Source: a bacterium (GTDB lineage: Bacteria > UBA8248). From it: a stretch of 64,000 bases of DNA. The first letter of the stretch is position 1. The number at the start of each line of letters is the position of its first letter. The stretch spans positions 992,001 to 1,056,000 of the forward strand of contig CBDCRP010000003.1 in assembly GCA_965221165.1 (NCBI GenBank), written 5' to 3'. Below, in pieces: positions 28,875 to 39,919 of the stretch. Position numbers and translations under genes: made by a program. Below the pieces are notes generated by a model, which worked only from the letters and a program-made list of their open reading frames with translations, did not search any database and was not told where the DNA came from.

Positions 28875-29022
28875 GGTTTCTCCTTTTCGGGATGGGGTTC
28901 GCGAACCACGGCCGCGCCTCCCGGGCGCAAGAGGCGAGCGCATTGTGGCCCCGTGGGAGTGGTGGCCGCAAGATCGATTTCGGGTTGGGGAGGGTCAATT
29001 CCGGCTAATGCGGGAGGGATTG

Positions 29023-29340
29023 CGTAGGGGCGGCTCGCGCTCTTTCGATGTTGCCGTCATTCCGGCGCATGCCGGAATCCAGAGAATTTATCTTTTGGCC
29101 TTTTGCTTTTCGCCTTCATTTCCATCCGAGCAAAGAGAATAAAACGCCGCAGCATCTTCACCCTCTCCGGCTCTAGATTCCGGCATCCGCCGAAATGACG
29201 GGGGTGTGAATCACTCCCCCCTTGAGGGTCGAGCTTCCCCGAGGAGGGGAAGTTCATCGGTGAAGTAAGGGCGCAAGCCCGTAAGCGAGCCCGTTGGGGG
29301 AGGTTCTGGTTTCGAGTAGGGGCGGCTCGCGAGCCGCCCG
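29023..29340. repeat. REP-like palindrome mosaic
   Basis: GTAGGGGCGGCTCGCG, GTCATTCCGGCGCATGCCGGAATCC, ACTCCCCCCTTGAGGG, GTAGGGGCGGCTCGCGAGCCGCCC. Confidence 0.85.
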
Positions 29341-29387
29341 ATTCTATTTGGAGAGCACCGGGAGCAGCGTAGTACAAACTCTAAATT

Positions 29388-30071
29388 TTATTTCAGGAAA
29401 TCCGCGCAAAACTTCTGTACAAATAGCAGCATTTGCTTGGTCTGTTCAGCGTCGTATTGATCATAGCGACCGTGCGCCGCATCATTTCTAAGATTCGCCC
29501 AAGATGTAATCTGCTTTTGGATCAGAGGACTATATAGCCCTTTTTTACAGAGCGACACATTCATGGGATCTATGGTGAGAGGCTTGCCTTTCACATTGAC
29601 TGTTTTTATTCCTTGTGAATCCGCAATTTTACGCAAGGCATTTTCGAGGACGGCACCAAGCAATACCGCAGCAGCATCTTTATAACCTTCCCCGAGGAGA
29701 TACTCCGCCATTTCAAGGAAATCCGAGAAAACCTCCGCTCGAATCAAGCTGCGGAAATCGGTTAACATTCCACATTCGATGTCATGTTTTACAGCTTTCA
29801 AAATCCCGACCATGTTGGCAACATGATTGTAATAACCACTATGCATCATGTCGAAATGAGGCGTTTCCAGAACAGATTGAAACATTTTAAGATGGTGGCT
29901 TTCAGAGCCGTATAATCGTGTAATTAGTTGCCCTCCACGCGCGGCGATTGATGTGAGTTCCTGAATCCGATCATAGCCAAGACCTGAATCAGAAGAAGCG
30001 GCATCTGTCGCCAGCCTTTCGCCTATGGCAACAATATCTTCTATTTCTCGATCGATTAAATCATGCATCAT
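29388..30071 (-). CDS. HEPN-like (DUF4145-type) domain protein
   Basis: YKDAAAVLLGAVLENALRK ... WANLRNDAAHG (Rx4H); lower GC. Confidence 0.7.
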   Translation of the reverse strand: MMHDLIDREIEDIVAIGERLATDAASSDSGLGYDRIQELTSIAARGGQLITRLYGSESHHLKMFQSVLETPHFDMMHSGYYNHVANMVGILKAVKHDIECGMLTDFRSLIRAEVFSDFLEMAEYLLGEGYKDAAAVLLGAVLENALRKIADSQGIKTVNVKGKPLTIDPMNVSLCKKGLYSPLIQKQITSWANLRNDAAHGRYDQYDAEQTKQMLLFVQKFCADFLK

Positions 30072-30152
30072 TTCACTCCAATTTCGGTATAGGACTTCTT
30101 AGGTGAACATAATGATGTGTCCGACCATCTCAACTTAATGGTGTTTCGTAGA

Positions 30153-30788
30153 TCAATTGCTGGACATGAGTGGAAAACTTCCTGACCAGAATACAGCAGT
30201 GATGGAAGCGACAATAGGGACAAAAAGATGCCAAAAATAAATATACCACCACGCGTATGAATTGACTTTGAGGACGCTACATCTAATTTCATCTAGCCGT
30301 TCCAGTATGATGTTGTGCTCTTGTTCATTACCGATTTTTTCTTTAACGATTCTTATAACGCTGTCTAACCTCGTTACAAGAGCAGTATCGGAGCCGAAAC
30401 CTGCGGCAGTAGTTACTTTGGCTTCAATGTTCCACCCTTGATAGCTGATATGGTCTCCGAACCAATTAACAACATGGCTTGTCAAAATAAATAGCATGAT
30501 AACTACTTGGGCAGTCAAATATTCCAGATCCGGCGGCAACCTTACCCCATAAAAATTCAAGTTCTCAAGCTGTACGCCATAGAATTTAATGAAAAAAATC
30601 GCGAATGATAGAGAAAGAAGAATGCGGCTTGTTCCGCGCGTCGGACGCGAAATAGCTTGTTGTCCCATAAAATGCATCTTTGAAACCTCATTTTGCAATC
30701 TATGTAAACGAGGGACTGAACCCCTCCAACTCTCTATCCTCGCCCATATCACCACTCCCACATTAGGCTCTGGCCTCTCGCCATTCAC
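30153..30788 (-). CDS. Hypothetical membrane protein (about 3 TM)
   Basis: Low-GC ORF with three hydrophobic segments; start overlaps the REase stop (or uses a downstream ATG). Confidence 0.6.
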   Translation of the reverse strand: MNGERPEPNVGVVIWARIESWRGSVPRLHRLQNEVSKMHFMGQQAISRPTRGTSRILLSLSFAIFFIKFYGVQLENLNFYGVRLPPDLEYLTAQVVIMLFILTSHVVNWFGDHISYQGWNIEAKVTTAAGFGSDTALVTRLDSVIRIVKEKIGNEQEHNIILERLDEIRCSVLKVNSYAWWYIYFWHLFVPIVASITAVFWSGSFPLMSSN

Positions 30789-31507
30789 CCTTCCCGCATG
30801 TTTACGAAAGCGTGCGCATGCGCACTCAACGAGGTGGCGAAGTTCCTGAAGCCGATTTCCGGGTCAGGCTCAGAATAGCGCCCACCCAAACCTTCATTTC
30901 TGTCCGACAGGATCAAACAGGCGGCATTATACAATCGCTCCCGAATCAGGCGTTCGCAAAACACCTCATATCGCCTAGCGTAGGATGCCTCTTTCAGTTC
31001 CCCGAATACCTCAAAATGGGGTTCCGATACCCGAACGGGATATCGTGAGCCATGCGCATCCTCCAACAGCATAAGCCAACCCATCCAAGGCTTTAATGAA
31101 GGTTTGAACGCCCCTTCACGATATGCGGCCAAGATATCAGTCGCGCTTCCCAGAGCTTCTTCGACCCGATTGTTGAAGTTGTTCCCGAACGAACCGACTT
31201 GAGACTTGAATTCGATGGTAGCCAGCAGTTGCCCATCGACTACGGCCACCAAGTCCCACTCTTTCGTGGGCCTGAAATAGCCGGGCAATACGGTTTGCTG
31301 AGTGTGAATCGTATGCTCCGGGAGGCCTGCGTCCTCTAGGATGGATGCGAGAAGGCGAATGAACCCATCGAGTTGCGCCCCGCCGGTTACGGCGCTTCTG
31401 CCGCTCGTATCCTTGACACCGGTCGTCGAACCTTGACTCTCGCCTTGTTTCAGCCGTGTCCGCCAGAAGTGCGCAACGGCGTCTGCGACTTTTTCCGAAT
31501 AATTCAC
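30785..31507 (-). CDS. PaeR7I/XhoI-family type II restriction endonuclease
   Basis: RSAVTGGAQLDGF, LPGYFRPTKEWD, IEFKSQVGSFGNNFNNRVEEALGSATD. Confidence 0.9.
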   Translation of the reverse strand: MNYSEKVADAVAHFWRTRLKQGESQGSTTGVKDTSGRSAVTGGAQLDGFIRLLASILEDAGLPEHTIHTQQTVLPGYFRPTKEWDLVAVVDGQLLATIEFKSQVGSFGNNFNNRVEEALGSATDILAAYREGAFKPSLKPWMGWLMLLEDAHGSRYPVRVSEPHFEVFGELKEASYARRYEVFCERLIRERLYNAACLILSDRNEGLGGRYSEPDPEIGFRNFATSLSAHAHAFVNMREG

Positions 31508-31519
31508 TTTACTACTTCT

Positions 31520-32491
31520 TCATCTCGATTCGGTACTGATTTCTGCGCGGGACAACAAGGAACCCGTCGATTTTCGGATTCTTTTTTCGGCGATATCCAA
31601 GTAATGCGGGTCTATTTCCACTCCTATGGAGTTTCGCCCCCACCTTGCGGCGGCGACCGTGGTCGTGCCCGTACCTATAAAAGGGTCCAGCACGGTATCG
31701 CCTGCGAAGCTGAACATTCTCACGAGACGCTCCGCGATTTCCTCCGGGTAGGGGGCGGGGTGATTCCGGGTGGATGCGCCCGTAACGCCGGACCAGATGC
31801 ACTGAAACCATTCTTTGTGGTTTTGGTCTGAAATCACGGAGAGGACTCGGTTCGTTACGGATGGCTTGCGGTATCCCCCGGGTTTGCGCTCCATCAGAAT
31901 GAACTCGATGTCGTTCTTGATAACGGCGTTCGGCTCATAAGGTTTGCCGAGAAAACCACCGCCGTTTCCCGATGCCTCGAACGCGGCGTTGGCTATCTTG
32001 TACCAGATGATCGTCGCAAGATTGTCATACCCTATCCTGCGGCAACGCTCCTGAATGGACGCATGAAGGGGGACAACCGTATGCCTTCCCTTGTTCCTTC
32101 GCCTCGATAGGCAGACATCCCCCACCACGCAGACGAGTCTTCCTCCGGGTACGAGAACCCGATAGCAATGCTTCCAGACCTTATCGAGTTCGTCCAGGAA
32201 ACTCTCATATTCTTCGATGTCTCCTAGTTGATCTTCATGTTCCCTGTATTTTTTGAGTGTCCAATATGGTGGAGAGGTGACAGCTAGATGAACGGACCCA
32301 TCGGGGATGAACGACAAATCACGGGAATCTCCCTGAAACAGCCTGTGTTTGGTCGGCAGTTGCCGGAGCACGTTTTCTATCTGCATCAGCAGTTGATGAT
32401 CTTTGGCGATGCGCGGAATGTCCGTCTGCGGGTTTTCCAGATCGCACACGGCATCGGGGAGAAAGGCTGAAAAATCCTGATTCACGCTCAT
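31520..32491 (-). CDS. N4/N6 DNA methyltransferase (beta class)
   Basis: VTSPPYW before HPAPYP and VLDPFIGTGTT. Confidence 0.92.
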   Translation of the reverse strand: MSVNQDFSAFLPDAVCDLENPQTDIPRIAKDHQLLMQIENVLRQLPTKHRLFQGDSRDLSFIPDGSVHLAVTSPPYWTLKKYREHEDQLGDIEEYESFLDELDKVWKHCYRVLVPGGRLVCVVGDVCLSRRRNKGRHTVVPLHASIQERCRRIGYDNLATIIWYKIANAAFEASGNGGGFLGKPYEPNAVIKNDIEFILMERKPGGYRKPSVTNRVLSVISDQNHKEWFQCIWSGVTGASTRNHPAPYPEEIAERLVRMFSFAGDTVLDPFIGTGTTTVAAARWGRNSIGVEIDPHYLDIAEKRIRKSTGSLLSRAEISTESR

Positions 32492-33483
32492 CGGTTATGC
32501 TCTCGTCGCCAAATAGGACAAATCTTGTGGCGTGTATGTTGCGCCCCGTGCCTTGCCGGATGAAAGTTCAGCCACAGAGATTCCTGTCTTTTCCCCTTCG
32601 ATGAATTGCACGTCTTGGTCGGCGCATCGATTCTCACCCAATTGGTGAACAAGTCGTCATAGAGGTCCGTCCTGTATCCAGATACGACTGCCCTTCCCCG
32701 AATGGAATGGAGCATATCGGCGAGTGCTGTGTGTTCCTCGTTCGTCATCTCGTAGCCATATGCGTTCGAGTCGTTGCGGCTCTCGTGCACATACGGGGGA
32801 TCCAGGTAAAACAACGTGTCTTCCGTGTCGTAGCGTTCGATGAGTTCCAGTGCGGGGACGTTTTCAATCTGCACCCGCAGAAGCCTTTGGACAATCTCGG
32901 GCAGAGCGTCGATGGCGCCCAGCCAGCGTGAAACCGCTCCGGCCATACCCGCGCGGGAGGTGAGCACGCAATGGGCCCATCGTCCTTCGCTGCTCGTCTG
33001 GGCCAGGCCGGTGCGCGTTTGTCTGGCCCTTACGTAAAACCTTCTCGCCCTTTCCATGCTTGGCAGGTCGGGTTCGAAACGACATGCCTTGACGAGTTCT
33101 TCCCGTGAAAACGGCGTGAGGCTGATCGCCTTGATCAGTTCCTCCCCGTGGTTCCTCAATGTTTCGAAGAAATTGACCAGTTCCGAATCGAGGTCGTTGT
33201 ATGTCTCCACCAAACTGGGTTTCCGATTGATCAGAATCGCCGCCGAACCGCCGAACACGTCACAAAAATGCACGGCGTCCTCCGGCAGATGAGGCAGAAT
33301 GAAGTCGAGGTGCGAGAATTTTCCGCCATACCAACCAAAGGCGATCATCTTCTTTCGCCTCCGGCTCGCGTTCTTGACTATCCGCCTGCTGTTGATCGCC
33401 CTCTGCATTTCATATCCTTTTGAACCATTTGCTTCCGTCGATTCACCACTAGACTCAATAGGCGTTATTTCGCTGCGCTTCAT
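32488..33483 (-). CDS. D12-class (Dam-like) DNA adenine methyltransferase
   Basis: WYGGK, DVFGGSA, YNDLD, FYLDPPY. True start may be further downstream. Confidence 0.9.
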   Translation of the reverse strand: MKRSEITPIESSGESTEANGSKGYEMQRAINSRRIVKNASRRRKKMIAFGWYGGKFSHLDFILPHLPEDAVHFCDVFGGSAAILINRKPSLVETYNDLDSELVNFFETLRNHGEELIKAISLTPFSREELVKACRFEPDLPSMERARRFYVRARQTRTGLAQTSSEGRWAHCVLTSRAGMAGAVSRWLGAIDALPEIVQRLLRVQIENVPALELIERYDTEDTLFYLDPPYVHESRNDSNAYGYEMTNEEHTALADMLHSIRGRAVVSGYRTDLYDDLFTNWVRIDAPTKTCNSSKGKRQESLWLNFHPARHGAQHTRHKICPIWRREHNR

Positions 33484-33587
33484 TATCGCTCGGGGTCTCG
33501 TTCGGGCGTGGAATAATCCTGTTCACCCATACTAATGGGGATTTACCTTTTCGTCAAGCACTTTCGTATAATTATCGTCTCATATTC

Positions 33588-34358
33588 TCACACAAACCGC
33601 CTCACCCCCGGGAACACCTCCTCCCGTCTCAAATCCGTCTCGTCGTGGCCGGCGAAGATGAGGTCGGTCGCATCGGCGAGGTCCTTGACTTTATCGAGCG
33701 CGCGCAGCGCGTCGTCCACGTGGATGTGGATGCCCGGCGGTATCATGGATTCGAGGCTCCGGTAGAGATAGGCCGCGTCCACGGCCAGCACCGCCCAGCC
33801 GCGCGCCGTGCGGAAGCGGATAATCTGGTGGCCCGGCGTATGGCCGCCCACCCGGTGGACGTGCACGCCGTCGGCAATCTCCGCCTCCCCGTCCACGAGT
33901 TTCATACGGCCGGCCTCATGGAGGCGTTCGGCTTCGGCCAGATCGCCCAGAAAATGGTTGATGAAGTGGTATTCCGCCGCTTCGCTCCGCCAGAAATCGA
34001 GCTCGCGCCTCTGGAGATAAAAGCGCGCACCCGTGAAGAGTCTCGGCGACATGAAATGATCCCAATGAAGATGGCTCACGATTAAAGTCTCGACATCCGA
34101 GGGTTTGATGCCGAAATGGCCGAGCAACTCCCGCTGTTGGCGGTAGTCGGCGTAATCGGGATTGCGCGCCTTCTGGGACTCCTCGCTGAAGCCGGTGTCG
34201 ATAACGATGGGCGCGCCGCCATTCTCAGGCGTGAGAATCCAGAAGAAATAGGGGAGCGTGCGCGTCCTCCCCGATTCGCTCAAGTAAAGGAGCCAGGAGG
34301 CGTCGCACGCGCGCGAGCCCTGGCACAGGGCGTAGAGGTGATAGGTCGTCTCGCTCAA
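33588..34358 (-). CDS. N-acyl homoserine lactonase-like MBL-fold hydrolase
   Basis: IDTG, SHLHWDH, GHTPGHQ, DAAY, GHD; TTG after GGAGG. Confidence 0.88.
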   Translation of the reverse strand: MSETTYHLYALCQGSRACDASWLLYLSESGRTRTLPYFFWILTPENGGAPIVIDTGFSEESQKARNPDYADYRQQRELLGHFGIKPSDVETLIVSHLHWDHFMSPRLFTGARFYLQRRELDFWRSEAAEYHFINHFLGDLAEAERLHEAGRMKLVDGEAEIADGVHVHRVGGHTPGHQIIRFRTARGWAVLAVDAAYLYRSLESMIPPGIHIHVDDALRALDKVKDLADATDLIFAGHDETDLRREEVFPGVRRFV

Positions 34359-34501
34359 GTCGAAACCTCCATGTTTATCGAGAAATCGCGCGAAAATTGG
34401 TCTTCGTTGTTCGATGGCGATGATTATGCCATTATTTTCCGAACATAAAACGCCCATTTCGGTATTTCGATTTTTGAGAACCATCCCGAAGGGTCTGTGT
34501 T

Positions 34502-36847
34502 TTGGATAATACCCTCATCATCGTTTTCTTCCCATTCGCAGCCGCCCTCATCATTCCCTGGTTCGCAGAGCGTTTCAGGAAACACGCCGCGTGGTTCGCC
34601 ATGGTTGCGCCCATCGTCAGCACCTGGGCGCTCTTTGACCTTTATGGCGAATGGGCGGCCGGCGGACAGAAGACCATCACGCACGCCATCGCCTGGGTCC
34701 CTGCGGCGAACGTGGAAATATCCTTCATGGTGGACGGCCTGAGCCTCATGTGGGGATTTCTGGTGGCGGGCATGGGCGCGCTCATCGTCTTGTACTCGCA
34801 CTGGTATCTGCACGCGCACGAGGCGCTCGGGCGCTACTACGGCTTTCTCATCGCGTTCATGGGCTCGATGCTGGGCGTGGTGTTCGCAGACCACCTGATA
34901 TCGCTGTTCATCTTCTGGGAACTCACGAGCATCACCTCGTTTTTCCTGATCGGCTTCTGGTCGGACAGGGACGCCTCGAACTATGGCGCGACGAAAGCCA
35001 TCCTCATCACGGGCGGCGGGGGCCTCGCCATGCTGGGGGGATTCCTGCTCCTGGGCGACATGGCGAACGAATGGCGGCTTTCGCAACTGGTGCTGACGCC
35101 CGGCATCGCGAAAGAAATATCGCTCGGCGTCTTTTTGCTGATCATCCTGGGCGCGGCCACCAAGAGCGCGCAGTGGCCCTTCCACATCTGGCTGCCGAAC
35201 GCCATGGAAGCGCCCACGCCCATCAGCGCCTTCCTGCACTCGGCCACCATGGTGAAGGCGGGCATCTATCTGCTCTCGCGCTTTTATCCGATTCTGGGCG
35301 CGCACCCCGCCTGGGGCTACGTGGTGACGGGCTTCGGCATGACGACGATGATAGCGGGCGGCCTGCTCTCGCTCAGGGCTTATGACCTGAAGGCGATTCT
35401 GGCGTATGGCACCATCAGCCAACTGGGCTTGATCGTCACCTTCCTGGGTTACGGCGGCAAGGGAGCCGTCATCGGCGCGACGCTCCACCTCTACAACCAC
35501 GCGGCGGCCAAGGCGGCGATGTTCATGACGGTGGGCATCATCGACCACGAGGCGGGCACGCGCGACGTGAGGCTCCTGGGAAATTTAAGAAAGCTCATGC
35601 CGAAGACGCACGTCTTGGCAGTCATCGCGGCGCTTAGCCTGATCGGCATTCCGCCCATGGGCGGGTTCATCACCAAGGAGATGCTGTATGAGGCGAGTTT
35701 ACGCCCCGGCGGCCCCGGTAGCTGGGGCTGGTTCTGGCCGTATTTGACCGTTCTGGCGGGCGTGTTCACGGCGCTTTATCACCTGAGATTCTTAAGCGAG
35801 CCCTACTGGCAGGCGGCGGAAGGAGAAACGCCCAAACATCCCCATGACCCGCCATTGGGGATGCTGGCCGCGCCTGCGATTCTCGTTCTCATGGCCCTGG
35901 CCTTTGGCCTCGCGCCGGGCTTGATCGAGCACTCCCTCGTAGCACCCGCAGCGGAGGCCACCCTGGGCGGCGGAGCGCATCTTGAACTCCATCTCGGCCT
36001 CTGGCACGGGGTGAACTTAGCCCTAATCATGTCGGTCATCACGATGGCGCTGGGCTTGGCGCTCTACTTCGGCTTCGCGCACGTAAAGACCGCGCTGGAC
36101 GCCGCCGCCCGCGTATGGGGGAATGCCCCCGCTCCGAACAGAATCTATGACGCCTCGATCGACTGGCTGCGCAACGGCACCTGGGAGATTCTCCTCCTGA
36201 TACAGGACGGGAATCTGAGGCGCTACATGCGCTTGATGCTGGTCCTGCCCACCGCAGCCGCCCTCTACCTGGTCTGGCGGATGGATTGGGGGACAAAAAT
36301 CTTCCCTGAGAATTTCGCGGGCGCGTCGTTTCTGCTCGTCGTGATCGCGATGATGATCATGGCCGCCGCCCTCGCCACGGCGCTCTTTAAGCGAAGAATT
36401 TCGGCGATCCTCGCTCTCGGCACGATGGGCTACGGCATCTCGGGGCTGTATCTGCTCCTGAAGGCGCCCGATCTCGCGCTCACGCAGATCATGATCGAAT
36501 CGGCCTCGGTCGTGCTTTTTCTGCTCGTGTTCTATTACCTGCCCGAGCTCAAGCCCGTTCCGCGCTCGGCGGCGAAGAAGGTGCGCGACTGGGGCATCGC
36601 GGTCGCTTTGGGCGTCTGCGCGACGCTCGCCATGGCCGCCGCCATGAACACGCACAAGTTCCGCACCATTGCGGATTACTTCATGCGCACGAGCAAGCCG
36701 GTGGCGGGCTTCAAGAACGTGGTCAACGCCATCATCGTCGATTACCGGGGATACGACACCCTGGGCGAGATCACCGTGCTGGTCATCGCAGGCATCGCCA
36801 TCTACGCCATCGTGCGGCTGGTGGGAGACATGAAATGGGATCACTGA
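34502..36847 (+). CDS. mrpA: Mrp Na+/H+ antiporter subunit A
   Basis: [54 protein letters not shown]. Confidence 0.95.
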   Translation: MDNTLIIVFFPFAAALIIPWFAERFRKHAAWFAMVAPIVSTWALFDLYGEWAAGGQKTITHAIAWVPAANVEISFMVDGLSLMWGFLVAGMGALIVLYSHWYLHAHEALGRYYGFLIAFMGSMLGVVFADHLISLFIFWELTSITSFFLIGFWSDRDASNYGATKAILITGGGGLAMLGGFLLLGDMANEWRLSQLVLTPGIAKEISLGVFLLIILGAATKSAQWPFHIWLPNAMEAPTPISAFLHSATMVKAGIYLLSRFYPILGAHPAWGYVVTGFGMTTMIAGGLLSLRAYDLKAILAYGTISQLGLIVTFLGYGGKGAVIGATLHLYNHAAAKAAMFMTVGIIDHEAGTRDVRLLGNLRKLMPKTHVLAVIAALSLIGIPPMGGFITKEMLYEASLRPGGPGSWGWFWPYLTVLAGVFTALYHLRFLSEPYWQAAEGETPKHPHDPPLGMLAAPAILVLMALAFGLAPGLIEHSLVAPAAEATLGGGAHLELHLGLWHGVNLALIMSVITMALGLALYFGFAHVKTALDAAARVWGNAPAPNRIYDASIDWLRNGTWEILLLIQDGNLRRYMRLMLVLPTAAALYLVWRMDWGTKIFPENFAGASFLLVVIAMMIMAAALATALFKRRISAILALGTMGYGISGLYLLLKAPDLALTQIMIESASVVLFLLVFYYLPELKPVPRSAAKKVRDWGIAVALGVCATLAMAAAMNTHKFRTIADYFMRTSKPVAGFKNVVNAIIVDYRGYDTLGEITVLVIAGIAIYAIVRLVGDMKWDH

Positions 36848-37260
36848 TTCTGCGGACGATAGCGCCCGCCGTCCTGCACCTGACGCTGCTGTTCTCGTTT
36901 TTTCTGCTCATCTACGGCCACAACCAGCCCGGCGGCGGGTTCATCGCGGGCCTCATGACGTCGGTGGGCATCGTGCTCCAGTGGGTGGCGGTGGACGCCG
37001 AGGAGGGCTGGCGGCGGTTCAACTGGCCCTATGAGGGAATCTTCGTGGCCGGGCTTGCGCTCTCCACCCTCACGGGGGTGTGGGGCTACATAAAGGGAGC
37101 GTATCTCAAAAGTTCGATATATCACTTCTCCCTGCCCTTCATCGGCGACGTGGAGTTGTTCACCGCCTTTTTGTTCGACGTGGGCGTCTACGGCGTGGTG
37201 GTCGGGGTGGTGATGTCCATCCTCACTAACCTGTGCGCGCAGGAGACGGAAGACTCTTAG
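36835..37260 (+). CDS. mrpB: Mrp subunit B
   Basis: [19 protein letters not shown]. Confidence 0.93.
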   Translation: MGSLILRTIAPAVLHLTLLFSFFLLIYGHNQPGGGFIAGLMTSVGIVLQWVAVDAEEGWRRFNWPYEGIFVAGLALSTLTGVWGYIKGAYLKSSIYHFSLPFIGDVELFTAFLFDVGVYGVVVGVVMSILTNLCAQETEDS

Positions 37261-37345
37261 GGGATACAGAAGAAGCCCGCGGAACGGGCGGCGGCATGAA
37301 CCCCCGCCTCCTCCCCGGACGCAAAGGCGCGAAGGAGATATTAAA

Positions 37346-37696
37346 GTGCTCTGGATACTGGCGATGATCATCGGCGTGCTGGTGACGGTGGCGTCCTACC
37401 TCATCATGCAGCGCAGGATCATCCAGGTGGTGCTCGGCATGGCGGTGCTCAGCCACGCGACGAACCTGATGATCGTCGCCTCCGGCTGGGTGGGGGACGG
37501 GAAAGCGCCCATCGTCCCGAAAAAAGGCGGCCCGCTCGACCCGTTCACCTACGTCGACCCCCTGCCCCAGGCCATGGTGCTGACCGCCATCGTCATCAGC
37601 TTCGCCGTGACGGCGTTTCTGCTCGTCCTGGCGTTTTTCACCTACCGCAAGTTCCAGACCGACGACATCGACGAGATCAGGAGGCTCAGGGGATGA
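37346..37696 (+). CDS. mrpC: Mrp subunit C
   Basis: DPLPQAMVLTAIVISF. Confidence 0.95.
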   Translation: MLWILAMIIGVLVTVASYLIMQRRIIQVVLGMAVLSHATNLMIVASGWVGDGKAPIVPKKGGPLDPFTYVDPLPQAMVLTAIVISFAVTAFLLVLAFFTYRKFQTDDIDEIRRLRG

Positions 37697-39168
37697 ACGC
37701 CATCTTCCCGCTGTTCGTCGTCTGGCCGCTGGCCACGGGCACGTTCCTGTTCCTCATCCGCAAGAGGAGCGTACTCCAGGAATCCCTGAGCACCCTTGCG
37801 CTGCTGGTGAACCTGATTCTTGCGGTCGCGCTTTTGAGCGCGACGGCGGACGGCACGATATTCGTCCACAGAATGGGCCTATGGCCCTTCCCCTACGCCA
37901 TCGTACTGGCCGCCGACAGGCTCACCGCCACGATGTTGTGCCTCTCCGCCTCCATCGTGGGCGCGTGCGCGGTCTTCGCGAGAAGCTATCTCACGGACGA
38001 TCAGCGAAAAGAGGCCTTTCACCCCCTGCTGCACTTCCTGCTGATGGGGATACAGGGGTGCTTCATCACGGGCGATCTGTTCAACCTCTTCGTTTTCTTC
38101 GAGGTCATGCTCATGGCCACCTACGCGCTGCTGGGTTTCTACTACAACCTCGATCAGCTGGAGATGGCCTTCAAGTACACGTGTCTGAACCTCATCGCAT
38201 CGGCCTTTTTCCTGCTGGGCGTCTCGCTTCTCTACGCCCAGGTGGGCACGGTGAACATGGCCGACCTGGCCGAGAAGATAAAACTCCTGGGGCCGACTCC
38301 CCTCATCGTGGTCACCGCCCTGGTCTTCGTGTTCGTATTCAGCGTCAAGGCGGCGATTTTCCCCATGCACCTGTGGCTGCCCTCCGCGCACTCGATATCG
38401 CCCACCCCCATCAGCGCCATCCTGGCGGGCGTGCTCGTCAAGGTGGGCATCTACGCCATCATCCGCTGCGCCACCCTCATCTTCCCGGCGGCGTTCCTGA
38501 TACTCCAGCCGGGGCTCATCGCCCTGTGCCTTCTGACCATCGCCATGGGAGCGCTCGGCGCCCTGCCCCAGACGAGCCTAAAGCGCATCCTGGCCTACAG
38601 CACCATCAACCAGCTAGGCTACATCGCCTTCGGCATCGCACTTCTCTCACAGGCGGGACTCGCGGCGGCGGTTTTCTACATCGTCGGCCACGCCTATCTG
38701 AAAAGCGCGATGCTCCTGGGCGCGGGCCTGAACCAGAAACTCACGGGCACGGTGGATCTGGACGAGATGGGCGGCATGATGGGCAAGGCGCCTTTCGCCA
38801 GCCTGCTCATGCTCGTGGGGTTCCTGTCCCTGGCGGGCTTTCCGCCGTTCACGGGCTTTTTCGCCAAGCTCTTCGTGCTCCAGGCGGGCTTCTCCCAGGG
38901 CGCGATTCTCGCGACGGGGATAGCCCTGGGATTCGGCGTGATATCACTTTATTATAATTTCACGACGTACCAGCGCTACGCCTGGGGAACGGGCGGCGGC
39001 GAGGTCGGCGCCGCCGGTGCCGGCATCTACGGCTCGGTCGCCTTTCTTTCGGCCTTCGCGGTTCTATTCGGCCTGGGCGCCTTCTGGCTCTTCGAGTGGG
39101 CGCAACTCGTGGCCGCCCAGCTCACGAGACCGGAACTATACATCGCCGCCATGCAGAAAATCGGATAA
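37693..39168 (+). CDS. mrpD: Mrp subunit D
   Basis: TGDLFNLFVFFEVML, KAAIFPMHLWLP, KRILAYS. Confidence 0.95.
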   Translation: MNAIFPLFVVWPLATGTFLFLIRKRSVLQESLSTLALLVNLILAVALLSATADGTIFVHRMGLWPFPYAIVLAADRLTATMLCLSASIVGACAVFARSYLTDDQRKEAFHPLLHFLLMGIQGCFITGDLFNLFVFFEVMLMATYALLGFYYNLDQLEMAFKYTCLNLIASAFFLLGVSLLYAQVGTVNMADLAEKIKLLGPTPLIVVTALVFVFVFSVKAAIFPMHLWLPSAHSISPTPISAILAGVLVKVGIYAIIRCATLIFPAAFLILQPGLIALCLLTIAMGALGALPQTSLKRILAYSTINQLGYIAFGIALLSQAGLAAAVFYIVGHAYLKSAMLLGAGLNQKLTGTVDLDEMGGMMGKAPFASLLMLVGFLSLAGFPPFTGFFAKLFVLQAGFSQGAILATGIALGFGVISLYYNFTTYQRYAWGTGGGEVGAAGAGIYGSVAFLSAFAVLFGLGAFWLFEWAQLVAAQLTRPELYIAAMQKIG

Positions 39169-39179
39169 GGGAAGGCCTG

Positions 39180-39653
39180 ATGTCGCTCGCCACGCTCGCA
39201 TTCACCATCGCCACCATCTGGATATTCCTGCACGGAAGCGCGACGCCCGGGCATTTCTTCGTCGGGTTGATCATGGCGGCCTTCATCATCCGTTTTCTCA
39301 AGAAATCCTACTACCAGGACAGGGCGTTTTTTCGTATCGGCAGCTATTTCAGATACTTGAGAAGTTTTATCTGGGAGTTGTTCATCGCCAACTTCCAGGT
39401 GCTGAAAATCGTGCTCTCGCCCCGGTTGTCGATTCGCCCGGGCATCATCCCCTACAAGACGATGTGCAAGACGCCCCTGGGCGTTACCATGCTGGCCAAC
39501 TCCATCACCCTCACGCCCGGCACGCTGAGCATCGACGTGTCCGAGGATCACGAGACTATTTTCGTCCATACGCTGGACATCGACCATCCCGACGAGGTGG
39601 CGGAAAGCATCCGGGAGGGCTTGGAGCGTCCCATCGTGGGAGCCGTGGAATGA
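39180..39653 (+). CDS. mrpE: Mrp subunit E
   Basis: LANSITLTPGTL, FVHTLD. Confidence 0.93.
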   Translation: MSLATLAFTIATIWIFLHGSATPGHFFVGLIMAAFIIRFLKKSYYQDRAFFRIGSYFRYLRSFIWELFIANFQVLKIVLSPRLSIRPGIIPYKTMCKTPLGVTMLANSITLTPGTLSIDVSEDHETIFVHTLDIDHPDEVAESIREGLERPIVGAVE

Positions 39654-39919
39654 TACAGGCGGCCGTTCAGATAAGCCTCGTCATGCTGGGACTCTCGGTG
39701 GTCCTGGCGTTTATCCGCCTCGTCAAGGGACCCACGACTTCGGATCGCGTGGTGGCGGCGGACACCCTCGCCACGAACGTTCTCGGCGTCATCACGCTGT
39801 TCGCCATTCAAACCGGGAACAAGCTGTTCATCATCGCCGTGCTCGCACTGGCTATCCTGAGCTTCGTCGGCACCACGGTGTATGCGAAGTTTCTCGAGAG
39901 GGGGAAAATCATTGAGTGA
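39650..39919 (+). CDS. mrpF: Mrp subunit F
   Basis: RLVKGPTTSDRVVAAD; ATGA overlap with mrpE. Confidence 0.93.
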   Translation: MIQAAVQISLVMLGLSVVLAFIRLVKGPTTSDRVVAADTLATNVLGVITLFAIQTGNKLFIIAVLALAILSFVGTTVYAKFLERGKIIE

